Shown here: positions 1 through 9,143 of the stretch, piece after piece
How the letters are laid out: each line of letters begins with the position of its first letter
Position numbering within the stretch: position 1 is the stretch's first letter
DNA from: a virus
Lineage: Duplodnaviria > Caudoviricetes
IMG/VR virus record: IMGVR_UViG_3300030376_002994
Location: 1-43,821 of that record
Direction: 5' to 3' (one strand)
DNA length: 43,821 bases
Position numbers and translations under genes: made by a program
The notes under the pieces: model-generated
Told to the model about the DNA's origin: nothing
The model's database searches: none
The model's input: only the letters and a program-made list of their open reading frames with translations

Positions 1-1
1 A

Positions 2-55
2 GGTTCAACTAATTTTGCTTCAGGAATTTTTACTTTATATGGTTTAAAGAAATAA
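2..55 (+). CDS. C-terminal fragment of tail-fibre-associated protein (partial)
   Basis: Frame 2 reads GSTNFASGIFTLYGLKK*, the G-x-F-T-L-Y-G ending typical of the repeated tail-fibre-module proteins of marine phages. Confidence 0.6.
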   Translation, partial: GSTNFASGIFTLYGLKK

Positions 56-79
56 AAGTATGGTAACATAGGAGATATT

Positions 80-382
80 ATGGCAACAAAAGAAGAACTA
101 CAAGCACAAGCTGATGCAGAAATAGAAGCTGCTAAACCAATTACTAAGTCAGTTGATGGCGTTGTATCAGAATTTTCTGATGCAGATTACGCACAAGCTA
201 AAATAGATTTAGGTAATTCTAAGTGGAATGACCAAGAGTTTGGTTATATTGATGCAAGAAAAAATGCTTATCCATCTATAGGTGACCAATTAGATATGCA
301 GTATCATGATGCTGTTGATGGTACAACTACTTGGAAAGATGCAGTAGCTAAAGTTAAATCAGATAATCCTAAACCTGAATAA
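80..382 (+). CDS. tail fibre assembly/chaperone-like protein
   Basis: C-terminal RKNAYPSIGDQLDMQYHD...WKDAVAKVKSDNPKP motif common after tail-fibre genes in aquatic phages; AGGAG RBS. Confidence 0.65.
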   Translation: MATKEELQAQADAEIEAAKPITKSVDGVVSEFSDADYAQAKIDLGNSKWNDQEFGYIDARKNAYPSIGDQLDMQYHDAVDGTTTWKDAVAKVKSDNPKPE

Positions 383-405
383 AATTATATGATATAATGT
401 CCTCT

Positions 406-555
406 ATGGATTTTATAATTGGTTTTCTATTCGGATTTTTTTTAAAAGATATTAGTTTTTATCTTAAAAGAATAGTTAATTATTACAACATAGATAAAGA
501 ATTTAAAACAATAGTAGACATAGATAACGAATGGAACTCTGATGACCTCCCCTAA
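406..555 (+). CDS. small membrane protein, 49 aa, probably leaderless (not in ORF track)
   Basis: MDFIIGFLFGFFLKDISFYLKR...DDLP*; TGaTATAAT at 390-398, 7 nt before the ATG. Confidence 0.6.
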   Translation: MDFIIGFLFGFFLKDISFYLKRIVNYYNIDKEFKTIVDIDNEWNSDDLP

Positions 556-733
556 TGGCAATGGTTTCACACAAAAAGAAATGCTTACTTTAATATTAGA
601 AGGACAACAAGATATAAACAAACGCATAGATGAGTTACACGAAAAGGTTAATCAAAAAATTTCAAGACAAGAGTTATCGGGTTGGTTAGTTGCAATCTCG
701 GCATTGGTGGTGCTAATAAATAACTTAATGTGA
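542..733 (+). CDS. small coiled-coil protein with C-terminal transmembrane helix (lysis-cassette type)
   Basis: Heptad-like QQDINKRIDELHEKV followed by hydrophobic WLVAISALVVLI; stop overlaps next start. Confidence 0.6.
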   Translation: MTSPNGNGFTQKEMLTLILEGQQDINKRIDELHEKVNQKISRQELSGWLVAISALVVLINNLM

Positions 734-2475
734 AAAAGTTATTAGCTGTTGTAGCTTCAGTATTATTAATAGCTACTCCTGTATATGCATATCATACTGA
801 AACACAGACACCTTATGGTATAAACATATCTGTTGATAATGAAACAGGAGAGATAGAACTTACCTGGCAAGAGAGTGATGCGTTAGAAGTTAATCCACCT
901 GAGTACTATAGGTTATTCTTTGGTGATGATGACCAAGCAGCAGACTACTCTATAGATACTAGCTTTGGTTTTAATGAAGCATTGTCCTGGAGAACTTATT
1001 ACTTTACTCCTGAATATATATACGAAAAGTTTGAAACAACTACGCTTACATTCTATGCAAAGATACAAGCAAGGAATGATACAGGTGATACAATTAGTGA
1101 CTTTACAGCAGTAGTTAGTGTAGAATATGATTATGATTATGTACCTGATACAACGACATCTAGTTCGTCAACAACAACGCCCACCACGCTACCTGCGGCA
1201 GAAGATGTGGTCGAAGATGGTAACACAACCTATCTTGCGTGGGATGAATATGGTTGCGAACATCCAAACAATCCTCTATCGTTTAAAGAATATCTGGAAG
1301 CGGTAGAAAGTGGAGTTTGGTATGGGTATCAAGATGGTGATTGCTCTGATGTACCTGATGTTGTTACTATTATTATCGAGGAAGAAGAAGATTTAGATGA
1401 GTTGGACGAAGAGATACTTGGAGATGACACCTTACCAGAGGAAGATATTTTTATTGAAGAGGAAGTTATTGAGCTCACGGAAGAAGAGATAGCTGCTATT
1501 GAAGCTGAAGAGATAGATGCTGAAGAAGAATTACTTATACTTGAGGAGTTAGAAGATAGTGTAATTATTCTTGAGGATTTATCTGAAGAAGAGATACAAG
1601 AGTTTGTAGATGTCATACAAGAAATAGAAGATACTATTGAAATTATAGAAATTGTAGAAGAAGTTATAGAGCTGGACATTCCTGAAGATATCGTTAAGAT
1701 TATTGAAGAAGAGGTAAAAGATGATAATGATGTGGTATTGGTTGTGGAAGATGAGCCAGTGGAAGATATTATTGAAGAACAAATTGAAATACCAGTTGAG
1801 GACCTTACTGAAGACGAAGTAGCTGTTGAAGTTGCTGAGATTGAAGAGATTATCGAAATAGATATTCCCGAAGCTAGTGAAGAAGAGATAGAAGATTTTA
1901 CTGATGAGGAGTTAGTTGAATATGAAGAAGCAAAAGAAGAAGCTATACAAGAGTTTGTACAAGACCTTACCAATGAAGAAGCATCAGAAGTCTTAGAAGA
2001 AGTTAATGATGTTGGTGTACAAAACTTAGACCAAGTATCGGAAGAAGTACAAGAAGTTGTACAGGCAGTAGTTGAGGAGGCTATTGATAATGTTGAAGAA
2101 CTTACACAGGAGCAAGTTGAAGTTGTCGCTGAGGTATTACAAGTTGAAGCTGAAGATATTGTTATTGTTGCAGAAGCTATTAAATCAGACGAAGTAGTTG
2201 CTGAAGCAGTAGAGGAATATGTAGAGAGAGCTGTAGAGAACGCAGATGTAGAGAACTATACTCTTGCTGATGTTGTCACAGAAGTACAATATGAAGCATT
2301 CATAGAGAATCCAATAGAAGTATTCATTGATATAGACATAGAAGATATCAATATTACTGACATAGGAGATGACATGACTCAAGACCAAAAAGAAAAAGCA
2401 CAAGAAGTTGTAGTTCCTGTAATCTTGACTAGAATAGCTAGTATGGCTGCCTTTATGTTTAGGAGAAGTTTATGA
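730..2475 (+). CDS. secreted/surface-anchored, extremely Glu-rich protein with N-terminal FN3-like domain
   Basis: Signal peptide MKKLLAVVASVLLIATPVYA; FN3-like IELTW...YYRL...FYAKIQARN; Thr/Ser linker; long E/D/I/V tract; hydrophobic C-terminal anchor. Confidence 0.75.
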   Translation: MKKLLAVVASVLLIATPVYAYHTETQTPYGINISVDNETGEIELTWQESDALEVNPPEYYRLFFGDDDQAADYSIDTSFGFNEALSWRTYYFTPEYIYEKFETTTLTFYAKIQARNDTGDTISDFTAVVSVEYDYDYVPDTTTSSSSTTTPTTLPAAEDVVEDGNTTYLAWDEYGCEHPNNPLSFKEYLEAVESGVWYGYQDGDCSDVPDVVTIIIEEEEDLDELDEEILGDDTLPEEDIFIEEEVIELTEEEIAAIEAEEIDAEEELLILEELEDSVIILEDLSEEEIQEFVDVIQEIEDTIEIIEIVEEVIELDIPEDIVKIIEEEVKDDNDVVLVVEDEPVEDIIEEQIEIPVEDLTEDEVAVEVAEIEEIIEIDIPEASEEEIEDFTDEELVEYEEAKEEAIQEFVQDLTNEEASEVLEEVNDVGVQNLDQVSEEVQEVVQAVVEEAIDNVEELTQEQVEVVAEVLQVEAEDIVIVAEAIKSDEVVAEAVEEYVERAVENADVENYTLADVVTEVQYEAFIENPIEVFIDIDIEDINITDIGDDMTQDQKEKAQEVVVPVILTRIASMAAFMFRRSL

Positions 2476-2693
2476 TAAAAAAAATATGGAACTGGTTTAT
2501 AACCATAATTAAAGAAACATTAAACCTTAGCTGGACATTAGTCGGTTTGGTTATTGCGACCCTAACACTAACCGGCAGTGCTCAACAAGTTACAGGTTTA
2601 GCTACTGTAATTACATTAGCTGTATGGTTATTGACTATAGGATTTAGAAGTGATAAGCCTAAAGATAATAAGAAAAAAGGGGTGAGCAAATAA
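2472..2693 (+). CDS. two-TM membrane protein, partner of the acidic surface protein
   Basis: WTLVGLVIATLTLTGSAQQVTGLATVI hydrophobic hairpin, basic tail; ATGA overlap with upstream gene. Confidence 0.7.
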   Translation: MIKKIWNWFITIIKETLNLSWTLVGLVIATLTLTGSAQQVTGLATVITLAVWLLTIGFRSDKPKDNKKKGVSK

Positions 2694-2731
2694 TGGATTG
2701 TTGTGGCAGTTGTAATTGTGGAGGTAGATAA
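2693..2731 (+). CDS. 12-aa Cys-rich micropeptide MDCCGSCNCGGR (not in ORF track)
   Basis: Fills the intergenic gap exactly, with TAATG overlaps at both ends. Confidence 0.55.
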   Translation: MDCCGSCNCGGR

Positions 2732-3315
2732 TGGAATTAGAAGTATTAAGATTTAGTAGTCAAAAAGATTCTACATCTGGTGCATTGTTTGATGTAGTTA
2801 ATGATAAAAGAAACTTTCTTTGTTATACAATAGAAGATGAGCAAAGAGATGTAAAAGTCTGGGGTGAAACCAGGATTCCCGCTGGGAGATACAAACTATC
2901 TTTAAGAAAAGAAGGTGGATTTCATACTAGATATGTAGCTAAGTATGGTGATATGCACAAAGGTATGATACATGTGAATGATGTACCTGGATTTGAGTTT
3001 ATCTTATGGCATACAGGTAATACTGATGAACATACTGCTGGTTGTTTAATCATAGGAGATTCACAAGAAAGTAACCTTGTGAAAAAGGATGGCTTTGTAG
3101 GTTCTAGTGTCGTTGCATATAAGAAAGTTTATCCTTATGTTGCAGCTGCTATTGAGAATGAAGATACATATGTGACATACATAGATTACGATGGTGATGT
3201 ACAAAGTGATGACATAGATACTGTACAGAGTAATGACATAATGGAAAAGCTAGAAGAGATATCAGGAGAACTTCAGGTATTAATTAACAAAGAAGACAAG
3301 ACTTGGTTTAACTAA
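2731..3315 (+). CDS. DUF5675-family putative L,D-peptidase endolysin
   Basis: LR...STxG, CYTIED, TRIPAGRY, VPGFEFILWHTGN...TAGCLIIG (His/Cys motif). Confidence 0.85.
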   Translation: MELEVLRFSSQKDSTSGALFDVVNDKRNFLCYTIEDEQRDVKVWGETRIPAGRYKLSLRKEGGFHTRYVAKYGDMHKGMIHVNDVPGFEFILWHTGNTDEHTAGCLIIGDSQESNLVKKDGFVGSSVVAYKKVYPYVAAAIENEDTYVTYIDYDGDVQSDDIDTVQSNDIMEKLEEISGELQVLINKEDKTWFN

Positions 3316-6300
3316 TGCCCAGTCGTAAGAAGAAAATAGAACTTCTTGAAGAAGCATGGAAAGATTTACCTACTGCTATTCGTAATACTATTATAAATAT
3401 TTATGGTGGCCTTAATAATTTAGAAGAATCAGAACTTAATAAATTCTACGATACGGTTATTAATGATAACAATAGGTCTTGGAAACGATGGACCAAAGAA
3501 CAAGAAGCATCTAAAAGTGAATACAAGTCTGCTACAGGTTCAGTAGGTAATGCATTAGAAAGAGCTGCTGAATCACTTGGTTTAAATCTTGATGATTTAA
3601 CTACAAGAGAAGAAAAAGAATTAACACCTACTGATAAAGATACAGGTAAAGCTAGTCCTGAAATGAAAAAAAGAGCTTCTCCTAAGAGTGAACTTCCTGA
3701 AAGTGTATTGAAGTATGTTAATAATTATAAAAAACAATACATAGATTCTCAAAAAGAAATGTTAGATAGTCCTTGGTCTAAAGTAGGACAAATGTTTAGT
3801 GAAAAGAAAATGGCTTCTAAAGAAGATTATTTATATGGAGGTATTCCTCAATTTAAAGCAAGAGATAAAGATAGAATGGCAGCAGCTGCTAATGTTTCTA
3901 TTGCAAACTTAGAAATGGATTTACAAGAGGACATACTTGAATTAGAACAGCTTGTTAGAAAAAAGAATGAACTAAAAAAATGGAATGGTACTAATAAAAT
4001 AGCTAAAGAATTAACAGAATCTACTATTGAATTAGGTCAGAGAATTAAAACATTACAAACTGGTCTAGCTGATATGTATTTTGAAGCAAACATAGAGATA
4101 TTAAAAAATGATGTATTTACTGAGATTGATGGTAAATATTATTTAAATGATAGCGGTAGAACAATTCTAATACCTGAAGAAACTATTCAAGAACTAGCTA
4201 AAAGACAAGACAATATAATTAGTAGCATTTCTTTGTTAAAAAATAGTATTGTATCAGGTACTCCTAAGAGAGCTAAAGAATTTAATAGTGTTAATGATAT
4301 ACCAGGTATGGAATTAAGTGAGAGTGATAAATTACTAGTTGATTTTGATAGAAGAATAAAACATTCTGGATTTATACATGACATTGATATTAACCTTGCT
4401 ACTTTAGATGAGATTGAAATAGCTAAGCATCATTGGAAGATGGCTGGTGAAATGGCAGGTAGTGGTAAAGCAGTAGTAACTACAGAAGTAGCTTCTAATA
4501 CTTTAATAGATATGGGAGACCTAGGAGTAATTGAAGTACAAAGAGACCCTAAGTTTGAACAAGGTGGTAGGGCTAATGAGCTTGGAGTAGTAGGAGATAT
4601 TGGAGATAGAGCAAGCTTAGAAGAGGAAATGATACTTAGAGATTTAAGAAATCAACATCCTGTTTTTAATTTTTCTGGGTCTGCCAGAATCCAAATGGAA
4701 GAATTTGGATGGTTTGCAGTTGATAAAGATGGAAATGTTACACCAGTAAACGATGCTAAAACTGCAACCAACATTGGAGAAGCTTTAGAAAACTTGCAGA
4801 AAAATCCTAAAGGTGCAGAGATAGTTAAATTTTTAGGACTTGAACATTTTACAAGGAAAGAATGGATTGAAAAAAATCAGAACAAAACTGGTTTAACTGC
4901 AGATGATTTAATGAAAAAAAGAATTAGGTCAGAGATACCTTTAGGTACAACTGATGAACATATGTTTGGTAAACCATTAAAACAAGGTCCTATTGTTAAT
5001 AGCTTTATGCATGCATATTTAGATGATAATAGTATTATTCATAATCCAGAAGTATTTAAATGGGGTGATGGAACTATATCATTAAGAGATGTAGGTAAAT
5101 TACCTAAAGGAACATTACAACAAGTAGGTACTGATTACTTTAAAACATATGAAACATTACTAGCATCTGGTATGAAGTTACCAGTGAAAGAACTAGTTAA
5201 TCCTACAGGAGGTAAACATAGTCTTATTCCTTCTGTTAGTGAAACAATATTTAATAAGTATTTAGTGCAGATTGATTTCTTAAATAAAAAAGATTTTAAA
5301 GGTATACCTGACGCAGCAAAGATAGGCGAAGTAATACAAGATTTATATAGAAATATATTTGAACAAACTGATATTCCATTTGTAACAAGTAAAGGTTATT
5401 TTGCTAATTTAGGTATTCAAACTAAAGAGGTTGTAGATGTACTTGAAAAAGATTTAGTTCAAATAGTAAAAGAAATAGAGAAGATAGAAACTGGTGAAAT
5501 ATTTGGTGAGGAAAATAAAATTAATTTTGAAAATCTCACTTGGGAAAAACATCTTAGTCAAGCTAATACTAAAAAAATGATGGTCCGAACTTCATTAAAT
5601 TTAGGAACTCAAGAAGCTAAAAGAAAATTAAGATATGACCCTGATACTGGATACGAATATTATGAAGGAGGAGAATTTGATGTGAAAAAAAGAAAAAGAA
5701 ATCCAGAGTTAATTAAAACTGAAGTTATGGATGAGTACATGAAGAGAGCTAAGGAAATAGTTCCTGAATTAGATGCTAGTAAGTCTATAAAATCATCCCA
5801 TAATTTAGATATACTTATTAAAAAAGGTTATCTGTTTGCAGAATTACCTAAATCTCCTGGAGAATTTTTACAAAGAATGGATATAGTACTTAAGGAATCA
5901 AGAGTTCCAACTGATATATTACAAGATAAACCATCTGTAGAAAAAAAGATAGAAGGTTATGGAAAACGAATGATGTTTAATCAATATAAAACATATGTAA
6001 GTGAGTTAAGTAAGAGTCCAGATTTTATGAAAAATGTAACTGAGTTTCCTAATTTATCACAACAATTAGTACCATCACCTTCAACAATAACAACTGCAGA
6101 CTTACCTGGAGATATGGGAATGCATATACTTCAATCAAAAGAAATACAACATGGCCTACCTACTGGTGCTTTGTCTAGTGGAGATATAGAAACTGGTATT
6201 AGAACTGCAGCTTCATTAGAGTTCTTGAAAGATTTACAATCTACTGCTACAATATCAACAAGCGATATAACTAAGCAAGCTATACAAGGCGACTTTTATG

Positions 6301-6344
6301 ACCAACTTAAAGACGCTCTAAAGTTGCTAGTTAAAAAAGGATAG
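3315..6344 (+). CDS. large hypothetical protein, 1009 aa
   Basis: Long ORF, TAATG-coupled to endolysin; no motif recognised. Confidence 0.8.
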   Translation: MPSRKKKIELLEEAWKDLPTAIRNTIINIYGGLNNLEESELNKFYDTVINDNNRSWKRWTKEQEASKSEYKSATGSVGNALERAAESLGLNLDDLTTREEKELTPTDKDTGKASPEMKKRASPKSELPESVLKYVNNYKKQYIDSQKEMLDSPWSKVGQMFSEKKMASKEDYLYGGIPQFKARDKDRMAAAANVSIANLEMDLQEDILELEQLVRKKNELKKWNGTNKIAKELTESTIELGQRIKTLQTGLADMYFEANIEILKNDVFTEIDGKYYLNDSGRTILIPEETIQELAKRQDNIISSISLLKNSIVSGTPKRAKEFNSVNDIPGMELSESDKLLVDFDRRIKHSGFIHDIDINLATLDEIEIAKHHWKMAGEMAGSGKAVVTTEVASNTLIDMGDLGVIEVQRDPKFEQGGRANELGVVGDIGDRASLEEEMILRDLRNQHPVFNFSGSARIQMEEFGWFAVDKDGNVTPVNDAKTATNIGEALENLQKNPKGAEIVKFLGLEHFTRKEWIEKNQNKTGLTADDLMKKRIRSEIPLGTTDEHMFGKPLKQGPIVNSFMHAYLDDNSIIHNPEVFKWGDGTISLRDVGKLPKGTLQQVGTDYFKTYETLLASGMKLPVKELVNPTGGKHSLIPSVSETIFNKYLVQIDFLNKKDFKGIPDAAKIGEVIQDLYRNIFEQTDIPFVTSKGYFANLGIQTKEVVDVLEKDLVQIVKEIEKIETGEIFGEENKINFENLTWEKHLSQANTKKMMVRTSLNLGTQEAKRKLRYDPDTGYEYYEGGEFDVKKRKRNPELIKTEVMDEYMKRAKEIVPELDASKSIKSSHNLDILIKKGYLFAELPKSPGEFLQRMDIVLKESRVPTDILQDKPSVEKKIEGYGKRMMFNQYKTYVSELSKSPDFMKNVTEFPNLSQQLVPSPSTITTADLPGDMGMHILQSKEIQHGLPTGALSSGDIETGIRTAASLEFLKDLQSTATISTSDITKQAIQGDFYDQLKDALKLLVKKG

Positions 6345-6350
6345 TGTATA

Positions 6351-6632
6351 ATGTTTGATAAGTTAAAAAGAAAAAGAAATTCTGATGGTACATTCAAGAA
6401 GGATGTAGCGTGGACACCTTGGAATGAAGCATGGAGTTATAAAATGAGTGAAGAACTTAAAGATATGATAGAGCGTACAGCTTGGACCTTCATTGAAGCG
6501 TTCATTGGTGCGTTAACAGTTGCTCCATTAGTTGGTGTTGATGCTGAAGTAGTTCAGTTAGCTGCACTTGCTGGTGGTGGTGCCGCATTAGCAGTAATTA
6601 AAACTTACGCTAAGAAACAGATAAGTAAATAA
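6351..6632 (+). CDS. holin (r1t-like); alternative start at 6444
   Basis: IERTAWTFIEAFIGAL plus second hydrophobic helix; GGAG RBS 7 nt before Met32 at 6444. Confidence 0.75.
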   Translation: MFDKLKRKRNSDGTFKKDVAWTPWNEAWSYKMSEELKDMIERTAWTFIEAFIGALTVAPLVGVDAEVVQLAALAGGGAALAVIKTYAKKQISK

Positions 6633-7126
6633 TGTCTGTTTCTGATGAATTAGCAAAATACTATAAAAAAGGTGGAGGTAGCTACAGAGGTGGTTGGGGT
6701 GAAATAAATCGTGGTGTAAAGGCTACAGTTTCAAGAAATATGCCTGGTGTTATACAAAACTTTGCCAAAATTGGTGATGATATGTATATACACGCTGATG
6801 ATGTAGGTAAAGCTCTCAAAGGTGCACATGGTTCAGGTCTGGCTTCAGGTAAACTAAGTGGAGCATGGGCAGGAGCACAATTTGCTAAAACAAAAGCTGC
6901 TGATTCTGCTGCTTCTGTTGCAAAAAATGTTGCAAAAGGTGCGTTTGGTGCTGGAGCTAGAGCTATGCTTGGGCCTGCTGCTATAGCTGGTATGGCACTC
7001 CAAGCTGGATATAATGCAGGTAAGAAAAGAGCTCAAACAAATCCTGAATTTCATAGAGGAAAAATAGGAAAATCTTATTTAGATTTAAGTACTAATAAAC
7101 CTGGAAAATATGGTGTAGATTATTAA
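6632..7126 (+). CDS. Gly/Ala/Lys-rich hypothetical protein
   Basis: ORF with TAATG overlaps at both ends. Confidence 0.7.
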   Translation: MSVSDELAKYYKKGGGSYRGGWGEINRGVKATVSRNMPGVIQNFAKIGDDMYIHADDVGKALKGAHGSGLASGKLSGAWAGAQFAKTKAADSAASVAKNVAKGAFGAGARAMLGPAAIAGMALQAGYNAGKKRAQTNPEFHRGKIGKSYLDLSTNKPGKYGVDY

Positions 7127-7488
7127 TGTCTGCTCAAGAACCTAAACACGACTGGACTACACACGGTATGACAGAGCGTGAGATGAAATCACGCATTAAA
7201 TCACACGGTGCTATGGCTGCAAAAAATTTTGAGAAATGGGATAATACTAAATTACCATCAGATTTTTTAAGTCCAGAGTTCAGGACATGGGTAAAGAATA
7301 ATCCTAATTCTCCTTGGGTAACAGGTGGTGGTATGCAAAGATTAGTAGACCAACAATTTACAGCACTTGGTCATAAAAGAGCAGGACATAAATATGCTAA
7401 TACTGCTCACAAGTTAGGTAAAGCTTTAGAAAAAAGTCGATTAAGTAAATTACAAAAAAGTATAAGCAAATTAACAAGTGGGTACTAA
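7126..7488 (+). CDS. basic hypothetical protein
   Basis: ORF with TAATG overlaps at both ends. Confidence 0.7.
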   Translation: MSAQEPKHDWTTHGMTEREMKSRIKSHGAMAAKNFEKWDNTKLPSDFLSPEFRTWVKNNPNSPWVTGGGMQRLVDQQFTALGHKRAGHKYANTAHKLGKALEKSRLSKLQKSISKLTSGY

Positions 7489-7556
7489 TGCCAATAACTA
7501 AAAAAGGTAAAAAGAAATCATACGGTAAAAAGAAAGGTGGCGGTAAACGCTACTAG
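7488..7556 (+). CDS. 22-aa Lys-rich micropeptide MPITKKGKKKSYGKKKGGGKRY (not in ORF track)
   Basis: TAATG coupling to upstream gene; last ORF before the convergence point. Confidence 0.55.
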   Translation: MPITKKGKKKSYGKKKGGGKRY

Positions 7557-7560
7557 ATAC

Positions 7561-7592
7561 CTCTAACAGCCCGATAGAGCTGTTTTAAGAGA
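7561..7592. terminator. hairpin at the convergence of the two transcription arms, possible terminator
   Basis: AACAGC(7565-7570)/GCTGTT(7579-7584) stem followed by only a short T run. Confidence 0.45.
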
Positions 7593-7607
7593 TACTTTGG
7601 CCGTCTC

Positions 7608-7916
7608 CTATAACCTATGGGGATTATATAACTTATAAAAAAGGGTTAGTTCTTCTCCTGTCACAATTAACACTAGGGTTTTTAATAGGTAGCCATTTTT
7701 TGTTTCAATTAATTCACAGTTTGGCCATTCGGAATGGTTTATAAATCCACCTAATGGTGTTCTTATAAGTCCATGTTTGAAAGCATTATTATCAGTCTTA
7801 TAATGTGTAATGCCTAGTAACTTTCCTTTACGGATTGGTCTTGTTGAAAATAACCCAAGGCCCTCTACTTTAGAAGGCCTTATGGTTAAGTGTTTAGGTA
7901 ATGGCTTATAGCTCAT
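7608..7916 (-). CDS. SET-domain protein (putative lysine methyltransferase)
   Basis: IRPSKVEGLGLFS, GFINHSEWPNC, GEELTLFY; start moved to MSYKPLP. Confidence 0.9.
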   Translation of the reverse strand: MSYKPLPKHLTIRPSKVEGLGLFSTRPIRKGKLLGITHYKTDNNAFKHGLIRTPLGGFINHSEWPNCELIETKNGYLLKTLVLIVTGEELTLFYKLYNPHRL

Positions 7917-8472
7917 CAGGATATTTCCATGTCTGTTCAGGAACAAAGTATTCACTACTTGGCAAATTCCAATGTTCCATAATGTCATGTTGTGTTATAT
8001 CATTACCTACATGTATACTGTCTGCTATATATTTAAACATTAACTTAGTAGGTTTACCTTTATTAAATCCTTTAATAAATTTACCGTCTACTAAATTCTT
8101 TAATCGTTGTAAGTAGTGAAGTGTTTGTTGTGTAACTTCACCACCTCTTTTCTTTCTTAACTTTCTAGTCATTAAATTGTTAGACACAACACTTTCATTG
8201 TAATCAAAAGTATATCTATCATTAGCTAATGTTTTAATAGAAGAAAGTTTATGACTAAATTCTAATTGTAAAGATAAACTGTCTTTAATTAATTTATATC
8301 TAACATATACTGGATTATTATCTTTAGTTAATCCTAAAAATCTTTTTCCTCCATACCAAGATATATTATTTAATTTTTCTTTAGTATCTTTAACTTTAAC
8401 TTTATTTTTGTCTATTTTATTATTAGCTTTTCTTTCTGTTAAAGTATAGAATCTAGTATTGATAGCTGTCAT
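7906..8472 (-). CDS. basic hypothetical protein
   Basis: Lys/Arg-rich ORF coupled to its neighbours; RBS GAGGAG. Confidence 0.7.
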   Translation of the reverse strand: MTAINTRFYTLTERKANNKIDKNKVKVKDTKEKLNNISWYGGKRFLGLTKDNNPVYVRYKLIKDSLSLQLEFSHKLSSIKTLANDRYTFDYNESVVSNNLMTRKLRKKRGGEVTQQTLHYLQRLKNLVDGKFIKGFNKGKPTKLMFKYIADSIHVGNDITQHDIMEHWNLPSSEYFVPEQTWKYPDEL

Positions 8473-8738
8473 TACTCCTCTTCCTCCTCTGTTTCCTTAT
8501 TAGGAAGAGTCTCAGATAACATTGTAAAATTATAGTTATAATCAATAACAAATTTATTTATTAATTCGTCTACCTTCATTGTATTAGGTAGTGTATTTGT
8601 TTTGTTATCTCCTAAGTATCCTATTAATGTCACTGCCCAATGTCTTAAGTCCATTGGTGTGTTAAAGATATTACCGTCAACTTTCTTTGAGTTGATTTCC
8701 TTTTGTATATCTTTTTTGCTTGGCTTAGCCATATTCAT
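8472..8738 (-). CDS. hypothetical protein
   Basis: ORF in operon, overlapping neighbours. Confidence 0.7.
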   Translation of the reverse strand: MNMAKPSKKDIQKEINSKKVDGNIFNTPMDLRHWAVTLIGYLGDNKTNTLPNTMKVDELINKFVIDYNYNFTMLSETLPNKETEEEEE

Positions 8739-9141
8739 CTACCTTTCCCCAGCAGCTCTTACTACTATTCCAATGATGCCAACCATCATTGTAAACTAAC
8801 CATGAAGCGACTGCTGTTGATACTTCAGGGTTATATCTATTACTTGTTAACTTTAATTTGGATGTTAACCACTCCCATGTATTATCATTGAATTGCCATA
8901 GCCCAATGTCCCTTGTTCCATTAGTATTGTCATTTACTATGTAGTCTCTACCTGAAGATTCACAATATATTATTGTCAATGCTTTAGGTATATCAATTGA
9001 CTTAAAGTATTTAGCAACTAATGGTTGCCATTCTTGAACATGTTCTATTTTCTTTTCAATGTCTTTACATTGGATATACTCAGCTACGCTGTCCAGGCTC
9101 ACAGGCAAAGATAATGCACAACTGAGTAATATTCCAACCAC
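8725..9141 (-). CDS. SLT-like lytic transglycosylase with N-terminal hydrophobic/signal segment
   Basis: IIYCESSG (catalytic Glu), DIGLWQFN...TW, GWHHW. Confidence 0.85.
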   Translation of the reverse strand: MVGILLSCALSLPVSLDSVAEYIQCKDIEKKIEHVQEWQPLVAKYFKSIDIPKALTIIYCESSGRDYIVNDNTNGTRDIGLWQFNDNTWEWLTSKLKLTSNRYNPEVSTAVASWLVYNDGWHHWNSSKSCWGKVDEYG

Positions 9142-9143
9142 TT

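Noticed and set aside
1329-1973. 214-aa Ser/Ile-rich minus-strand ORF (also 1579-1782 and 2185-2403)
   Set aside because: Antisense shadow of the GAA-rich codons of the acidic protein.
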